DNA of 64,000 nt from Dictyostelium discoideum (lineage: Eukaryota): NCBI GenBank assembly GCA_000004695.1, contig CM000152.2, positions 5,952,001 to 6,016,000 of the forward strand. The letters are read 5' to 3'. The notes under the pieces were generated by a model. That model did no database searches. It saw nothing but the letters and a program-made list of their open reading frames with translations, and was not told the DNA's origin. The position numbers and the translations under genes are program-made. This document shows, one piece after another, positions 49,269-62,307 of the stretch (positions within the stretch are counted from its first letter, which is position 1; each line of letters begins with the position of its first letter).

Positions 49269-50350
49269 TTTTTTTTTAGTTATTTAATTAATTATTATTT
49301 TTCCAATAGTCAGGTGGTACGATTGTACCATTTGAAAAGAATATGGTTAGATTTTTAGATAATTTTAGTGGTGGTAATCGTGGTGCAACAACAGCAGAAT
49401 ATTTTTTACAAAAAGGATATTATGTATTATTTTTATCAAGAAAGAATTCCCTTCAACCGTTTGTAAAGAATTTAATGTTACATGAGACCAACTTCTTTAC
49501 ATATTTAGGTATAAATGAAAATGATGGTGGTAATGGTAGAAATAATAATAATAATAATAATGAAAATGAATTTAAAAATGATAATGATACAATTTTATCA
49601 CCGTCGTTGGATGTTATAAAGAATCATGTTTGTATTGGTGAAGATTACTATTATGAAGTTTCAAAAGAGTATTTAAAATGGAAGAAATTCTGTGAAAATG
49701 GTAGTTTGGAGAGAGTTAATTTCGAAACTGTTGGTGAATATTTATATTTATTAAAAAACATTTCAACTGAGTTATCAATTTTAAAGAGTAATTTAATAGT
49801 GTATGCAGCGGCTGCAGTATCAGATTTCTATATACCATTGGACATGATGGCACAACATAAAATTCAATCAAAGAATCAGTCATTGACAATCACATTGGAT
49901 CCAGTGCCGAAAATGATTAAATTCTTAGTAGACAATTGGTGTCCAAATTCATACATTGTCACATTCAAATTAGAAACTGATCAAACCATTTTAAATGAAA
50001 AATGTTTAGCATCATTATCAAATTATAATCATCAATTAGTAATTGGTAATCTATTATCAGATTACAGAAATTGGGTAATATTTCATCAACAACAATCTAA
50101 GCCAATAATTGTTAAAAGAGAACTAACACAATTCCAAATTCAACAACAACAAAAATTATCACCATCATCTTCTTATTCTTTAAAAAATGATAATCATGAT
50201 CATCATCATGATCATCATCATGATCATCATGACCATGATCATCAACATCAACAAAAACAACCAATTGGTGTTGATCATCCAATTGAATATAATATTGGTG
50301 AAAAATTAATTGAATTACATAATGAATTTATTAATAAAAATAGTAATTAA
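49079..50350 (+). CDS. ppcs: phosphopantothenate--cysteine ligase (PPCS, CoA biosynthesis), 2 exons, ~389 aa, with His/Asp-rich insertion
   Basis: Exon 1 49079-49207 (MTEVEENFF…NAKVILIT|GTAAGC), exon 2 49310-50350: [47 protein letters not shown] matches PPCS core (VTSGGTxVPLE…[20 protein letters not shown]…GYxVLFL); C-terminal region has [20 protein letters not shown] tract. Confidence 0.85.
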
Positions 50351-50358
50351 TTTTTTTA

Positions 50359-50604
50359 TTATATTTTTTTATTTAAATAATTTGATTGATTTGAAATACT
50401 TTGCATTTGAATACAAACACCTTTGAATTCATTTAAAAGTGATTCCATTCTTTTAATTTTTCTATTATTTTGACTTGCAATTGTAATATTATCTAAAAAT
50501 AATTGGAAATAATTATTATTAATTTGAAGTAAAATTTCATTCTCTTTTTCATAATGTGATATTGTTGATTCAATTTTTAATAAAATTTCATTAAATGGTT
50601 TTGG

Positions 50605-50664
<60 letters not shown>

Positions 50665-50949
50665 TAAATTTACTACAAAACTTGTACATTGAGAAAAGAT
50701 TTGATTTTGGTAATTTCTTAATAATTTAATATATGGGTGAGTAGATTCACAGTCAATTTCAAGTTCACTATCATTTGAATCATCTTGATTTAAAAATTCT
50801 ATATTATTTGTTGGTGGAAAGTCATAATCAGCATCATTATCTTGAAAGAGCATTTGAGAGGATTCATTAACAGAAGAAGCAATCTCTAAGTATTTAGTAT
50901 TTGAAATATAATAAAGTGAGTTTTCGTTATTTAAATTATTAAAATTCAT
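50359..50949 (-). CDS. hypothetical protein (196 aa) with internal poly-Asn tract; convergent with PPCS (stops 8 bp apart)
   Basis: uninterrupted ORF with varied composition outside the (ATT)n-encoded N25 tract; no recognisable domain. Confidence 0.65.
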
Positions 50950-51475
50950 TTTATTTTATTTTATTATTTTATTTTATTTTATTTTTTTTTTTGGATATTT
51001 ATTTAAAATTTAAAAAATATTTATCGTTGGATGAATGATTATTATTTTTTTTTTTTTCATTGGTGTTTACATAGTTTTTTTTTTTTTATTTGGGTGGTGT
51101 CAGTATTTATTTTTTGGGGTGTCAGTGAAAGAATATATTTTTTCATAGAAATATCTTTTTTTTTTTTTGATATTTTTTTTATTTTTCACTGACACTTTAT
51201 AGGAAAAAAAAAGATATTCCAATATTTTGAATAGGAAAATGAAGAACATATTTATTATAAATCAGATAAAATTATAATTTAAATATTCATTAATTTTTAT
51301 TTTTAAAGAGTATATTTATGGGAAAAAATAAAAAAAAAAAAATAATTAAAATAAAAAAAAAAAAACAAAATATTTTTTTTTTTTTTTCAAGAGCAATAAA
51401 AATGATGTTTTTTTCATAAATTTGTGAAAACAAACGCAAAAAAAAAAGCGTAAAATTTCATTTTAATTAATAAAT

Positions 51476-53040
<1,565 letters not shown>

Positions 53041-53173
53041 ATAAATCTATTTTTATTTAAAACTATTAATTAGTTTAGTTAAGATTTTTATTTACAATTT
53101 AATAATAATATTATTATTATTATTATTTTAATTTCTAAGAAATAGAGAAGGTGAAAAAAAAAAAAAAAAGGTT

Positions 53174-53638
53174 TTACATATAATGGTCATTATCAAAACC
53201 TGGTGGAGTAAAATCATCTCTATCTGGCATTCCTCTACCCCTACCACTTGGTGGAATTCCACCAGTTGGTGGACCAAATGGATCGAATCTAGCACCTGGA
53301 GGAACAGCACCTCTTGGTAAACGTTGTTCATAACCAGGTAAACCTGTACCATATGGATTATTTCCTCCACCATATGGATTATGAATATTGCCAAAACCTG
53401 GATGATCACGACCTACTTGACCACCTTGTCCTGGAAACACTCCAGGTCCTCTTGTTTGGCCTGGATAAAATGGTGGATTATGACCAAATACAGGGAATCC
53501 AGGTGGATAAAGATCAGGATCTTGATCACCACCACCATTAAACCCTCCTCTATATCTATTACTACCCCTTTGTGGATCACCAACTCTAAGAGGATCATCA
53601 TCTTCAAAATCACGTTGATTATTTGGTGGTCTTCTTTC

Positions 53639-53670
<32 letters not shown>

Positions 53671-54260
53671 GCTGTGGTTGTTGTTCTTGCATATTAGTTG
53701 GTATTCTAACTAAACCAGGAACTAATGGATTTATTATACTATATTCAAAAATTGAAATAAATTCTTTTAAATTTAATAATAAATTTTCAACATCCTTATA
53801 TTCTGTATTTTTAACTAATTTATCAGTACTATTATTTTTATTATTATTTTATGAATGTTAAAAATAAAATATTAGTATTAATACTCAGTATTCATTCATG
53901 AATTATTATTATTATTATTATTTTATAAACTTACTCAACATCTAGTGTATGGATTTTATCATTTTTATCTTTTATCATTGCATTTACTAATAAGAGATTA
54001 CCCATTCTTAAACATTTGAAATGAAAAGTTTTACCAGGTGCCAAATGATTAATTAAATCTAATGTATATGAATCTGCATTGGAATTCCAATTCGTTGGTA
54101 CAACTTTATCATTTGTTTCTTCTCCTCCTTCTAATTTGAATTCGTGTTTATTTAAAATTAATGCTATTACTAATACTGCAACATCATATTTATCCCTAAT
54201 CCCAATTGAATTATCATTACCAATTAATGATTTTAAACGTTCTTTTATGAAATTTTCCAT
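53174..54260 (-). CDS. proteasome inhibitor PI31 (PSMF1) homologue, 2 exons, ~326 aa
   Basis: Exon 1 54260-53935 (FP-domain-like N-terminus MENFIKERLKSLIG…; donor GTAAGT, phase 2), 106-nt intron, exon 2 53828-53174: …polyQ…Pro/Gly-rich tail with RGAVPPGARFDPFGPPTGGIPPSGRG…PPGFDNDHYM*, matching the human PI31 C-terminal region (…PPGARFDPFGP…PPPGYDDMYL). Confidence 0.85.
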
Positions 54261-54689
54261 TATTTATTTGTTTATTATTATTATTATTTAATTTATTTAT
54301 TATGTGCGACTTCACAAAAACAAACATGTTTTAATTAAAAAAAAAAAAAATTAAAAAAAATTAAAAAAAATTAAAATAAAATAAAATAAAAAAAAAAATA
54401 AAAAAATTAAAATAAAATAATTGAATTAAATTTAATTTAAATAGCCAAATTAGGGAAAAAAAAAGATATTTATAATAAATGGCCTTCTCCCTTTATAAAA
54501 TTAGAATCTTTTCCTTTCCATTTTAATAAAAAAAAAAAAATAATAAAAAAAATAAAAAAAAATTACAACTAGGTTAACAAAATAAAAGTTAACTCGAACC
54601 ACAATGCTCAAAAATATCATCTTGGAACTGGTGTTTTCTTCCAATTTTAAAACTGATTTTTAAAACTTCATTTTTCAATTCTAATGATT

Positions 54690-54745
54690 TAATTGAATTT
54701 GATGAAATTCTATTTAAAACATGGTAATTAATTTTTATTATTAAT
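54690..54745. repeat. dispersed repeat copy A (…gatttaattgaatttgatgaaattctatttaaaacatgg) upstream of the 55141 gene
   Basis: ~80% identical over ~60-90 bp to 55975-56035 (…gattcaattttgaatttgatgaaaatgctatttaagacattg). Confidence 0.5.
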
Positions 54746-55025
54746 TTTAATTAATAAAAAAAAAAAAAAAAAAAATTTAAAATATCAGCTTTAAAACTTG
54801 TTTTTCAAGACCACACAATAATATAACATTATTTATCAAATTTGTAACATCTACCACTTCTAATTTTTTTTTTGCTTAACATAATGAAGATTGTAAAAAA
54901 CCAAAATTTTTTTTTTTTTTTTTTTTCCCACATATGAATTTGTTGTTCATTGTGGAAAAAATTTTACCTTTTTCGAAATTAAATCCAACCACCTTAACAA
55001 TTTACACCCAATTACATTTTGAGAG

Positions 55026-55077
<52 letters not shown>

Positions 55078-55140
55078 CAATTTTACAAGTTTTTTTTTTT
55101 TTTTTTTATCAAATTAATAATTATTAAAAAAAAAAAAAAA

Positions 55141-55848
55141 ATGAATGTAATTTGTATGGGATCAAGTGGGTTTGTTGGAAAAGAAGTTTTAAAACAATTA
55201 ATTAAAAATGAAAATATAAATAAAATAACATGTATTGTTAGAAAACCATTAACAGATATTGAAGATAATGTAAAAACTAATTTTATAATTCATAATGATT
55301 TTTTAAATTATTCAGAAGAATTTTTAAAAGAATTAGTTCAATCTCATCAAGCATGTATTTGGACAATTGGTGGTAGAAGAAGTCAATTTCCAACAAAAGA
55401 AGAATACGAAAAAGTTTCAATTGACTATACAATTACATTTGCAAATGGTATTGTAAATGCACTAAAATCAAAAACTCAACCACCAACTCCATTCACATTC
55501 ATTTATTGTAGTGGTATGGGTGCAAATGAAAAAGCAAATGAATCAATTATAAATAGAATTGAAATTGAAACTAGGGTTGTTAAAGGTAAAGTTGAAAGAT
55601 CATTAACAGAAATTCAAAATTCAAATTCAAATATTTTTAATCTTTTAATATTCAGACCAGGTGGTATTACTGAAAATCAAAATAATTTTATTCAATGGTT
55701 ATTATCATCTTTCACTGTTGATTTATCACATTTATCAAATGTAATAATTAATAAATTAATTAATTCAAATCAAAATACAACATCAACAACAACAACAACC
55801 ACAACAACAACAATATTTTTTAATAAAGATATTTATAATTATAAATAA
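55141..55848 (+). CDS. NAD(P)-binding Rossmann-fold protein (atypical short-chain dehydrogenase/epimerase family), 235 aa
   Basis: N-terminal GxxGxxG: MNVICMGSSGFVGKEVLKQLIKN; single exon; C-terminal poly-Thr. Confidence 0.8.
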   Translation: MNVICMGSSGFVGKEVLKQLIKNENINKITCIVRKPLTDIEDNVKTNFIIHNDFLNYSEEFLKELVQSHQACIWTIGGRRSQFPTKEEYEKVSIDYTITFANGIVNALKSKTQPPTPFTFIYCSGMGANEKANESIINRIEIETRVVKGKVERSLTEIQNSNSNIFNLLIFRPGGITENQNNFIQWLLSSFTVDLSHLSNVIINKLINSNQNTTSTTTTTTTTTIFFNKDIYNYK

Positions 55849-55974
55849 TTAATTAAATCTGGAAAAAATAAAATTTTTTTTTGTTTTATAATGGGGTACC
55901 TCTTCTAAAAATTTTCTTTATTTTTTGAATTTTCAATTATTTATTTTTTAAAATTTAATATTGATTTTTCATAT

Positions 55975-56035
55975 TTTAATATTAATGATTCAATTTTGAA
56001 TTTGATGAAAATGCTATTTAAGACATTGAAATTGT
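55975..56035. repeat. dispersed repeat copy A' downstream of the 55141 gene
   Basis: see 54690-54745. Confidence 0.5.
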
Positions 56036-56199
56036 TTTTTATTATACATTTTAAATATTACTAAAATAAATTAGAATTTAAATTTTATTTTTATTTTTAT
56101 TTTTATAATAATAAAAATATATTACCAAATCTTAATAGAAATTAATAAATAAATTTTATTTTAAATATAAAAAAACAATTCTAATTTAATTTAAATATA

Positions 56200-57460
56200 A
56201 ATGAGTGTGCTATAGAATGTATCTAAAAATTAGGTTTAACACACACAAAAACGATAAAAATCTTTAACATTGTCGTAAGAACTCATTGATTGTAATGCTG
56301 TTACAATTTAAATACATGGTAACAATTTAAATACATAGTATCTTCAACTTCTTTATTTTGCGTTGAAATTCGGGTGGAATATCTTTAGATTGTTCATTTT
56401 TAAAGGGTGTTGGAAATGGTTGTAAGGAATCTTTTAATTCTTCGTTTTCTCTTTTAATAACAATAGTTTAAATTTCTTTGTCTGGTGATTTATTAAAATT
56501 TGATTCTTTTTCTTTTTCTTTTTCATTTTCTTCAATACCATCAGTTACATTTTTGAACATTTTATTTGCAGCCTTTTTTTGTTTTTAATGGGTTTAACTA
56601 AACCTAAATCAAAAAATATAAACTTTTCTTCATTGATATATTTATATTTGCCAACATGTCTTAATGATAAACTGAATGTAAATAACCTGATTCTGAAAAT
56701 TGTTTACAAGCTTCCATTAATCTTTAAAACCATCTTTGTTGTAATCATCAGAGGTTTATAAAATGGCATCAATAAACAAGGCTCACCATTAATTAAAACC
56801 TAGGTTTTGATTCCCCAAATATCAGACCAAGGTTTACTTTCTTCATTAATAACCGATATATCTTTGTTTTTGACGAAAAACTTGATTACAAATGCTTTGG
56901 CTTGTCTGTTAATTGCTCACCATGCTTTACCATCAATACCTGAACCTAAATCTTAAATTAAATAAATCTTTTTATTATTTTTCTCGTCTTCAATATCTTC
57001 AATTACATATGATATTGATACTGTATTATAATTATTATTATCTTTATTTTCATAATCAGTAAAACCAATTTTATATATTTTTCTGCTCAATCATATGGTC
57101 AACTCTTTGATTACATGCTCTTTCTCAAACATATGCACAGTGTATCCAATATTTTTGGTATAAGCTGCTACTTTGAAACTAGAATCGCATGGTTGGATGG
57201 TAACAAATTCGTTGAAACTGAAAAACTTGAAGAATTGTCAAGTATGCCCATATCAAAATTAAATTCACTATTCCTTAATCAAACTCAAGTTCCATTAAGA
57301 CTCAAACTGGATGATACAAATAAATCAGTTTCATGTCATCAATTCTGTAAAACCAATAATATTAGTAGATTCTTATTTGTATCACCAAAAATAACTTACA
57401 CTGATCGTACCTCAAATATCAATTTTTTTTATTTTATTTTTTCAAAAATTTAAAAGAATT
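56200..57460. pseudogene. decayed coding-like block (near-normal GC, multiple frame-broken ORF pieces on both strands) – candidate pseudogene / element remnant
   Basis: minus strand reads aaaATGTTCAAAAATGTAACTGATGGTATTGAAGAAAATGAAAAAG… MFKNVTDGIEENEKEKEKESNFNKSPDKEI*TIVIKRENEELKDSLQPFPTPFKNEQSKDIPPEFQRKIKKLKILCI* with in-frame stops; upstream pieces …GSGIDGKAW*AINRQAKAFVIKFFVKNKDISVINEESKPWSDIWGIKT*…; plus-strand ORFs 56579-56761 and 57115-57453 are short and unconnected. Confidence 0.3.
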
Positions 57461-57689
57461 TTGCCAAATTAAGTAATTAATTTTTTATTTTTCAGTTAAA
57501 ATTAAAAAAGATAAGGAAAAATAAAAAAAATAAAAAATAAAATAATTTAAGAAGATAAACGAAAAAAAAAATAAATAAATAAATAAATAAAATAAATAAA
57601 TAAATATATAGATTTAAAAAAAAAAAAAAAAAAATTTTCAAAAGTGCCGAGGCAGCGTAGGTGTTAAGGTATTCATTTTATTATAGACT

Positions 57690-57880
57690 ATTTAAGGTAT
57701 TACTGAAAATCAAAATAAATTAATTCAATGGTTTCTATCATCTTTCAGTATTGATTTATCACCATGTAATAATTGAACAATTAATTAATTCACAAAAAGT
57801 AAATCAAAAACAACAACAACAATGATATTTTTAATAAAAATATTTATAATTATAATTAATTAAATCTGGAAAAATAAAAA
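57690..57880 (+). pseudogene. duplicated, decayed fragment of the 3' end (last ~60 codons + 3' flank) of the 55141-55848 gene
   Basis: ggtattactgaaaatcaaaataaattaattcaatggtttctatcatctttcagtattgatttatcacc…aaatcaaaaacaacaacaacaatgatatttttaataaaaatatttataattataattaattaaatctggaaaaataaaa vs 55662-55880 ggtggtattactgaaaatcaaaataattttattcaatggttattatcatctttcactgttgatttatcaca…ttaattaaatctggaaaaaataaaa; indels break the frame. Confidence 0.6.
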
Positions 57881-58034
57881 AAAAAAAAAAAAAAAATATT
57901 TATAACTTGAGGTCCCAAAAAATAAAAAAAAAATTAAAAATGAAATAAAATTAAAAATAAAAATAAAAGAAAATTGAAAAAAAAAAAAAAAAAAAAAACG
58001 AGTCACTTTTTTTTTTGTCGGTTTTTTCATTTTT

Positions 58035-58074
<40 letters not shown>

Positions 58075-58117
58075 TAATTATTATTGCAACATATATATTT
58101 TTTCAAAAAAAATAAAT

Positions 58118-60946
58118 ATGGTAAAAGCATATTTAAAGTTTGTTCAAGATAAAGTTTTTGGGTTAATATCAACTAGTAATTCTATATTGGATGGTAGTGG
58201 TAAATTAGCAATTACAGGATGTGGTGAACGTATAAGTATTTGGGATTTACGTAAACAAGTGTTAAATCAATCATTATATGAAGAAGATATAAAAGCAGAA
58301 GTTACAAATGTATGTTTAAGTAAGGATGGTGCATTATTAGCATCTGGCTATTCAGATGGGTCAATTAGAATTTGGTCAATGTCAGATTACCAATTACAAG
58401 CAGTTTTCAATGGACATAGAGGATCGGTTACAACAATGACATTCAATCGTTTAGGTAATATTTTAGTATCTGGAAGTAAAGATACAGAAGTGATAGTATG
58501 GGATATTATAACGGAATCAGGTCTATTCCGTTTACGTGGTCATCGTGATCAAATTACCTCTGTTAAATTATTAGAACGTTCAAATCATTTAATTACAAGT
58601 TCAAAAGATGGATTTATAAAGATTTGGGATACCGAAACTCAACATTGTATTCAAACAATTGTTGGACATCGTAATCCAATTTGGGGTATCGATGTGAACC
58701 CCGATGAAACTCGTTTATGTTCATGTACAAGTGATAATCAAATTCGTTTTTGGCGTATACCATCAAATGAAAGACAAAGAGAGGATGGAAGTGGTATTGA
58801 ACCAAAATTCATTGTAAATACACCAATCAATAGTGCAGTTATAATTCCAGATGAAATTAATGAAGATGGTAGTAAAAAAGAAAATAGTAACAATAGTAAT
58901 AATAATGATATAGATGATTTAGAAATTATTTCAGAAGAAGAATTTGCAAAATATTATGGTTCAATAACTGTTAAAGCAGAATCTGTATCTGGTGTACGTT
59001 TTGATCCAACAAATAAAATTTTAGCAGTCCAATCAACTGGTAAATTTGTTGATCTTTTTAAAATTACACATTATGATACAATGAAACTTGAAGAGATTTC
59101 AATAGTTGAAGAGATGAGACATCGTCAAACTATTAAAACCTCATCAAAGGTTAGATTCTTTTCATTTGGTAATGATATTAAACATTGGAATAAATTTGTA
59201 ATAACTTTAGCAGGTAATTCATTGGAAGCTTATGAAATTAAAGAAAAGGAACAAGGTGGTGGAGCATTTGAAGTTTCATCAACATTGGATCAAGCAGGTC
59301 ATCGTTCTGATATTCGTTCATTATCTTTATCATCAAATGATCAAATGTTGGTTTCAACAAGTTCAGAATCAGTTAAAGTTTGGAATATGAAATCATTATC
59401 ATGCATTCGTTCAATTGCATGTGATTATGGTTTGTGTACTGTATTTGCACCAGGTAATTTACATGTTATCGTTGGTACTAAAACTGGAACAATTGAAGTG
59501 TTTGAATTGGCATCGGCAGCACGTGTTGCCTCGATTAAAGCTCATGAAGGTTCAGTTTGGTCATTGGTTTTGACACCTGATCTTCGTGGTGTAACAAGTG
59601 GTGGTGCAGATAAGTTGGTTAAATTTTGGGATTTTGAATTAATTGCAAGTCAAGAGAATTCAAAACATAAGGTTCTCAATCTTTCACTCACAAAAACACT
59701 TAAAGTAGAATCCGATGTTTTAGCCTTGAAATATAGTGCCGATAATAAATTTTTAGCAGTTTCATTATTAGATAATACCGTTAAGATTTTCTACACCGAT
59801 ACAGTTAAATTCCATCTTTCATTATATGGTCATAAGTTACCAGTGATGTGTTTGGATATCAGTGACGATAGTACATTGATTATTACAGGTTCAGCCGATA
59901 AAAACATTAAAATCTGGGGTTTAGATTATGGTGATTGTCATAAATCATTCTTTGCTCATGACGATTCAATCATGCAAGTTTCATTCATACCATCAACTCA
60001 TCATTTCATATCAGCAAGTAAAGATAAACGTATAAAGTATTGGGATGCCGATAAATTTGAACATATTCAAACCATTGAAGCTCATCATGGTGAAGTTTGG
60101 TCACTTGCAATGGGATCGGTTGGTGATTTCTTTATAAGTGGTAGTCATGATCGTTCAATTAGAATTTTCAATCAAACTGAAACTCCAATTTTCGTTGAAT
60201 CAGATCGTCAAAGAGAAATGGAACAAACTTGGGAAGCCACATTAGAGGATGACACTCGTATGCGTACAAAAGAAATGTTGGAAGAGAATGCAGCAGCTGG
60301 TAAACAAACTCTCGAAACCATTATGGCTGGTGAAGATATTTTAGATGCAATTGAACTTTGCGTTCAAGAGAAATTCAAAATTGATGAATATGAAAAACTA
60401 TTGAAAACCACTAAAAATCAAGATGAAATCCCACTCTATCAACCAAACATTATCATGTTGGGTCTCTCTCCATCTGAATACCTTTGGAATAGAATCAACA
60501 GAATTAGACCAAGTGATTTAGAAGAAGCCCTTAGAGTATTACCCTTCTCTGTAATGAGAACACTTTTCGAATATTTCAATCTATGGGTCGATCAATCTGG
60601 AAAGAGTGTTGAATTCATTTTCAAATGTTCTTTCTTTTTAATTCAAACTCATCAAAATCAATTATCAGTTTCAACAGAATTCATACCAATTTTACAACAT
60701 TTAAATACATCAATTAAAAATCGTTTACAAAAAGAAAGATTCACATTAGGTTTTAATAGATCTGCATTATCATTTGTTAAACGTGAAATTGAAATTAATC
60801 AACAATATAAATTTTTTGATTCTGATTTATATTTAAATAAAAATAATAAAAATAATAAAGATAAAGATAGTAATAATAATAAGAAAGATAATAAGAAAGA
60901 TAATAAGAAAGATAATGAAAAATCATTAAAAAGAAATAGAAAATAA
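58118..60946 (+). CDS. wdr3: WD repeat-containing protein 3 (WDR3 / UTP12, SSU processome), 942 aa, single exon
   Basis: True start is ATG at 58118 (MVKAYLKFVQDKVFGLIS…, cf. human WDR3 MGLTKQYLRYVASAVFGVIG…); the tabulated ORF start 57974 is read-through of poly(A)/poly(T). ~13 WD repeats (…GSIRIWSM…, …TEVIVWDI…, …GFIKIWDT…, …KNIKIWGL…) and C-terminal Utp12-type helical domain; length equals human WDR3 (943 aa). Confidence 0.9.
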   Translation: MVKAYLKFVQDKVFGLISTSNSILDGSGKLAITGCGERISIWDLRKQVLNQSLYEEDIKAEVTNVCLSKDGALLASGYSDGSIRIWSMSDYQLQAVFNGHRGSVTTMTFNRLGNILVSGSKDTEVIVWDIITESGLFRLRGHRDQITSVKLLERSNHLITSSKDGFIKIWDTETQHCIQTIVGHRNPIWGIDVNPDETRLCSCTSDNQIRFWRIPSNERQREDGSGIEPKFIVNTPINSAVIIPDEINEDGSKKENSNNSNNNDIDDLEIISEEEFAKYYGSITVKAESVSGVRFDPTNKILAVQSTGKFVDLFKITHYDTMKLEEISIVEEMRHRQTIKTSSKVRFFSFGNDIKHWNKFVITLAGNSLEAYEIKEKEQGGGAFEVSSTLDQAGHRSDIRSLSLSSNDQMLVSTSSESVKVWNMKSLSCIRSIACDYGLCTVFAPGNLHVIVGTKTGTIEVFELASAARVASIKAHEGSVWSLVLTPDLRGVTSGGADKLVKFWDFELIASQENSKHKVLNLSLTKTLKVESDVLALKYSADNKFLAVSLLDNTVKIFYTDTVKFHLSLYGHKLPVMCLDISDDSTLIITGSADKNIKIWGLDYGDCHKSFFAHDDSIMQVSFIPSTHHFISASKDKRIKYWDADKFEHIQTIEAHHGEVWSLAMGSVGDFFISGSHDRSIRIFNQTETPIFVESDRQREMEQTWEATLEDDTRMRTKEMLEENAAAGKQTLETIMAGEDILDAIELCVQEKFKIDEYEKLLKTTKNQDEIPLYQPNIIMLGLSPSEYLWNRINRIRPSDLEEALRVLPFSVMRTLFEYFNLWVDQSGKSVEFIFKCSFFLIQTHQNQLSVSTEFIPILQHLNTSIKNRLQKERFTLGFNRSALSFVKREIEINQQYKFFDSDLYLNKNNKNNKDKDSNNNKKDNKKDNKKDNEKSLKRNRK

Positions 60947-61021
60947 AATAAAAATTAAAATTTATAATATATGTACATGTGATTAATTAATTCTTTTTTT
61001 TTTTTTTTTTTTTTTTATTAT

Positions 61022-62257
61022 TTAATTTGGATTTGCTAAAATATGAACAGCAAAATTTAAATCAGTTGATCTTGAAACTAAAGATTCTTGAATCATATTT
61101 GAGAATTTAATTGCAGCTTGTTCATTTGTTAGATCTAAAGCTAAAGCATCACGAAGATAATAGATATCAGATTTTTTACTTAATTCTGGTAAACCACCAC
61201 CAACCATCATTAGGAAAAGGTTGAGGATGACATTTGCATGTTTTCTAATTGTATTGTAAGCTCTTGAACATAGGTCTTCGAAATTTTTGAAATTGTTTTC
61301 ACCACCAATTACATTTGCAAATGCATTGGTGAATACAAAGGGAGCCCTCTCTCTTTTTATTCCATTCCAAGTTTGAACATTTCCCAAGAATCTACCATGA
61401 TCAATATGAAATAGATGGCCAGATTTTGTGATCATAATATTGTCATTATGTCTATCACCAATACCCAATATATAAGAATAAACACAACAACCAGCACAAG
61501 ATCTAATGAAATTTTCAACGGCATTACTATACTCCAATTCTGATGGGTTCTCTTGTTTTAACCATTGAGAGATCACAGTCTCTGAGAATGCAGCAGTGAT
61601 ACCACCTTGTTGTTTTTGAATCTCTGCAATTGTAATTGAGTCACCAACAACCTCAATCATACCCTCCATTGGACCCGTTGCAATACATCTATAAGTAATA
61701 GTTTGTAAATCTATACCATCATCCAACCACATCTTATCCATAATATTAATCATTTGAATAACTAATTGATCTTGTCTTAAATCATCACCAGCTTTAAAAA
61801 TCACAAAACTATTATCACCCATCGGATCATAATTTTCAATTGATAAAAATAATGGTAAAGTTTTTGATTCTTTAACTTTACAACCATTAACATCAATTCT
61901 TTTACCTCTAAATTCTGGATTAATTGGTGTTTTAAAATCTTCTTGATAATTTAATAAATCATTATTACCATTACCACCATTACTACCACCACCACCTAAA
62001 ACTTGAATTAAATAATCTTTTCTTTTATTATTTGGTACATTTTTTACACCAAGTGCAACTTGTTTAATTTTACTATACATTTGATATTGTTTATAAATTT
62101 CTAATAATTTTTCATCACTACAACCTCTTAAAAAAATTTCTAAAATTAATTGATACCTTTCTAACCATTGTGGATATTGAATTACTGAATTATTATTATT
62201 ATTATTAAATTCTGAATTATTTGTAATATAATTATCATTATCATTATCATTATTATA

Positions 62258-62307
<50 letters not shown>

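Noticed and set aside
57974-58117. Upstream extension of the WDR3 ORF (MKKKKKKKTSHFFFCRFF…)
   Set aside because: Translation of poly(A) and poly(T) tracts. The conserved WDR3 N-terminus starts at the ATG at 58118.
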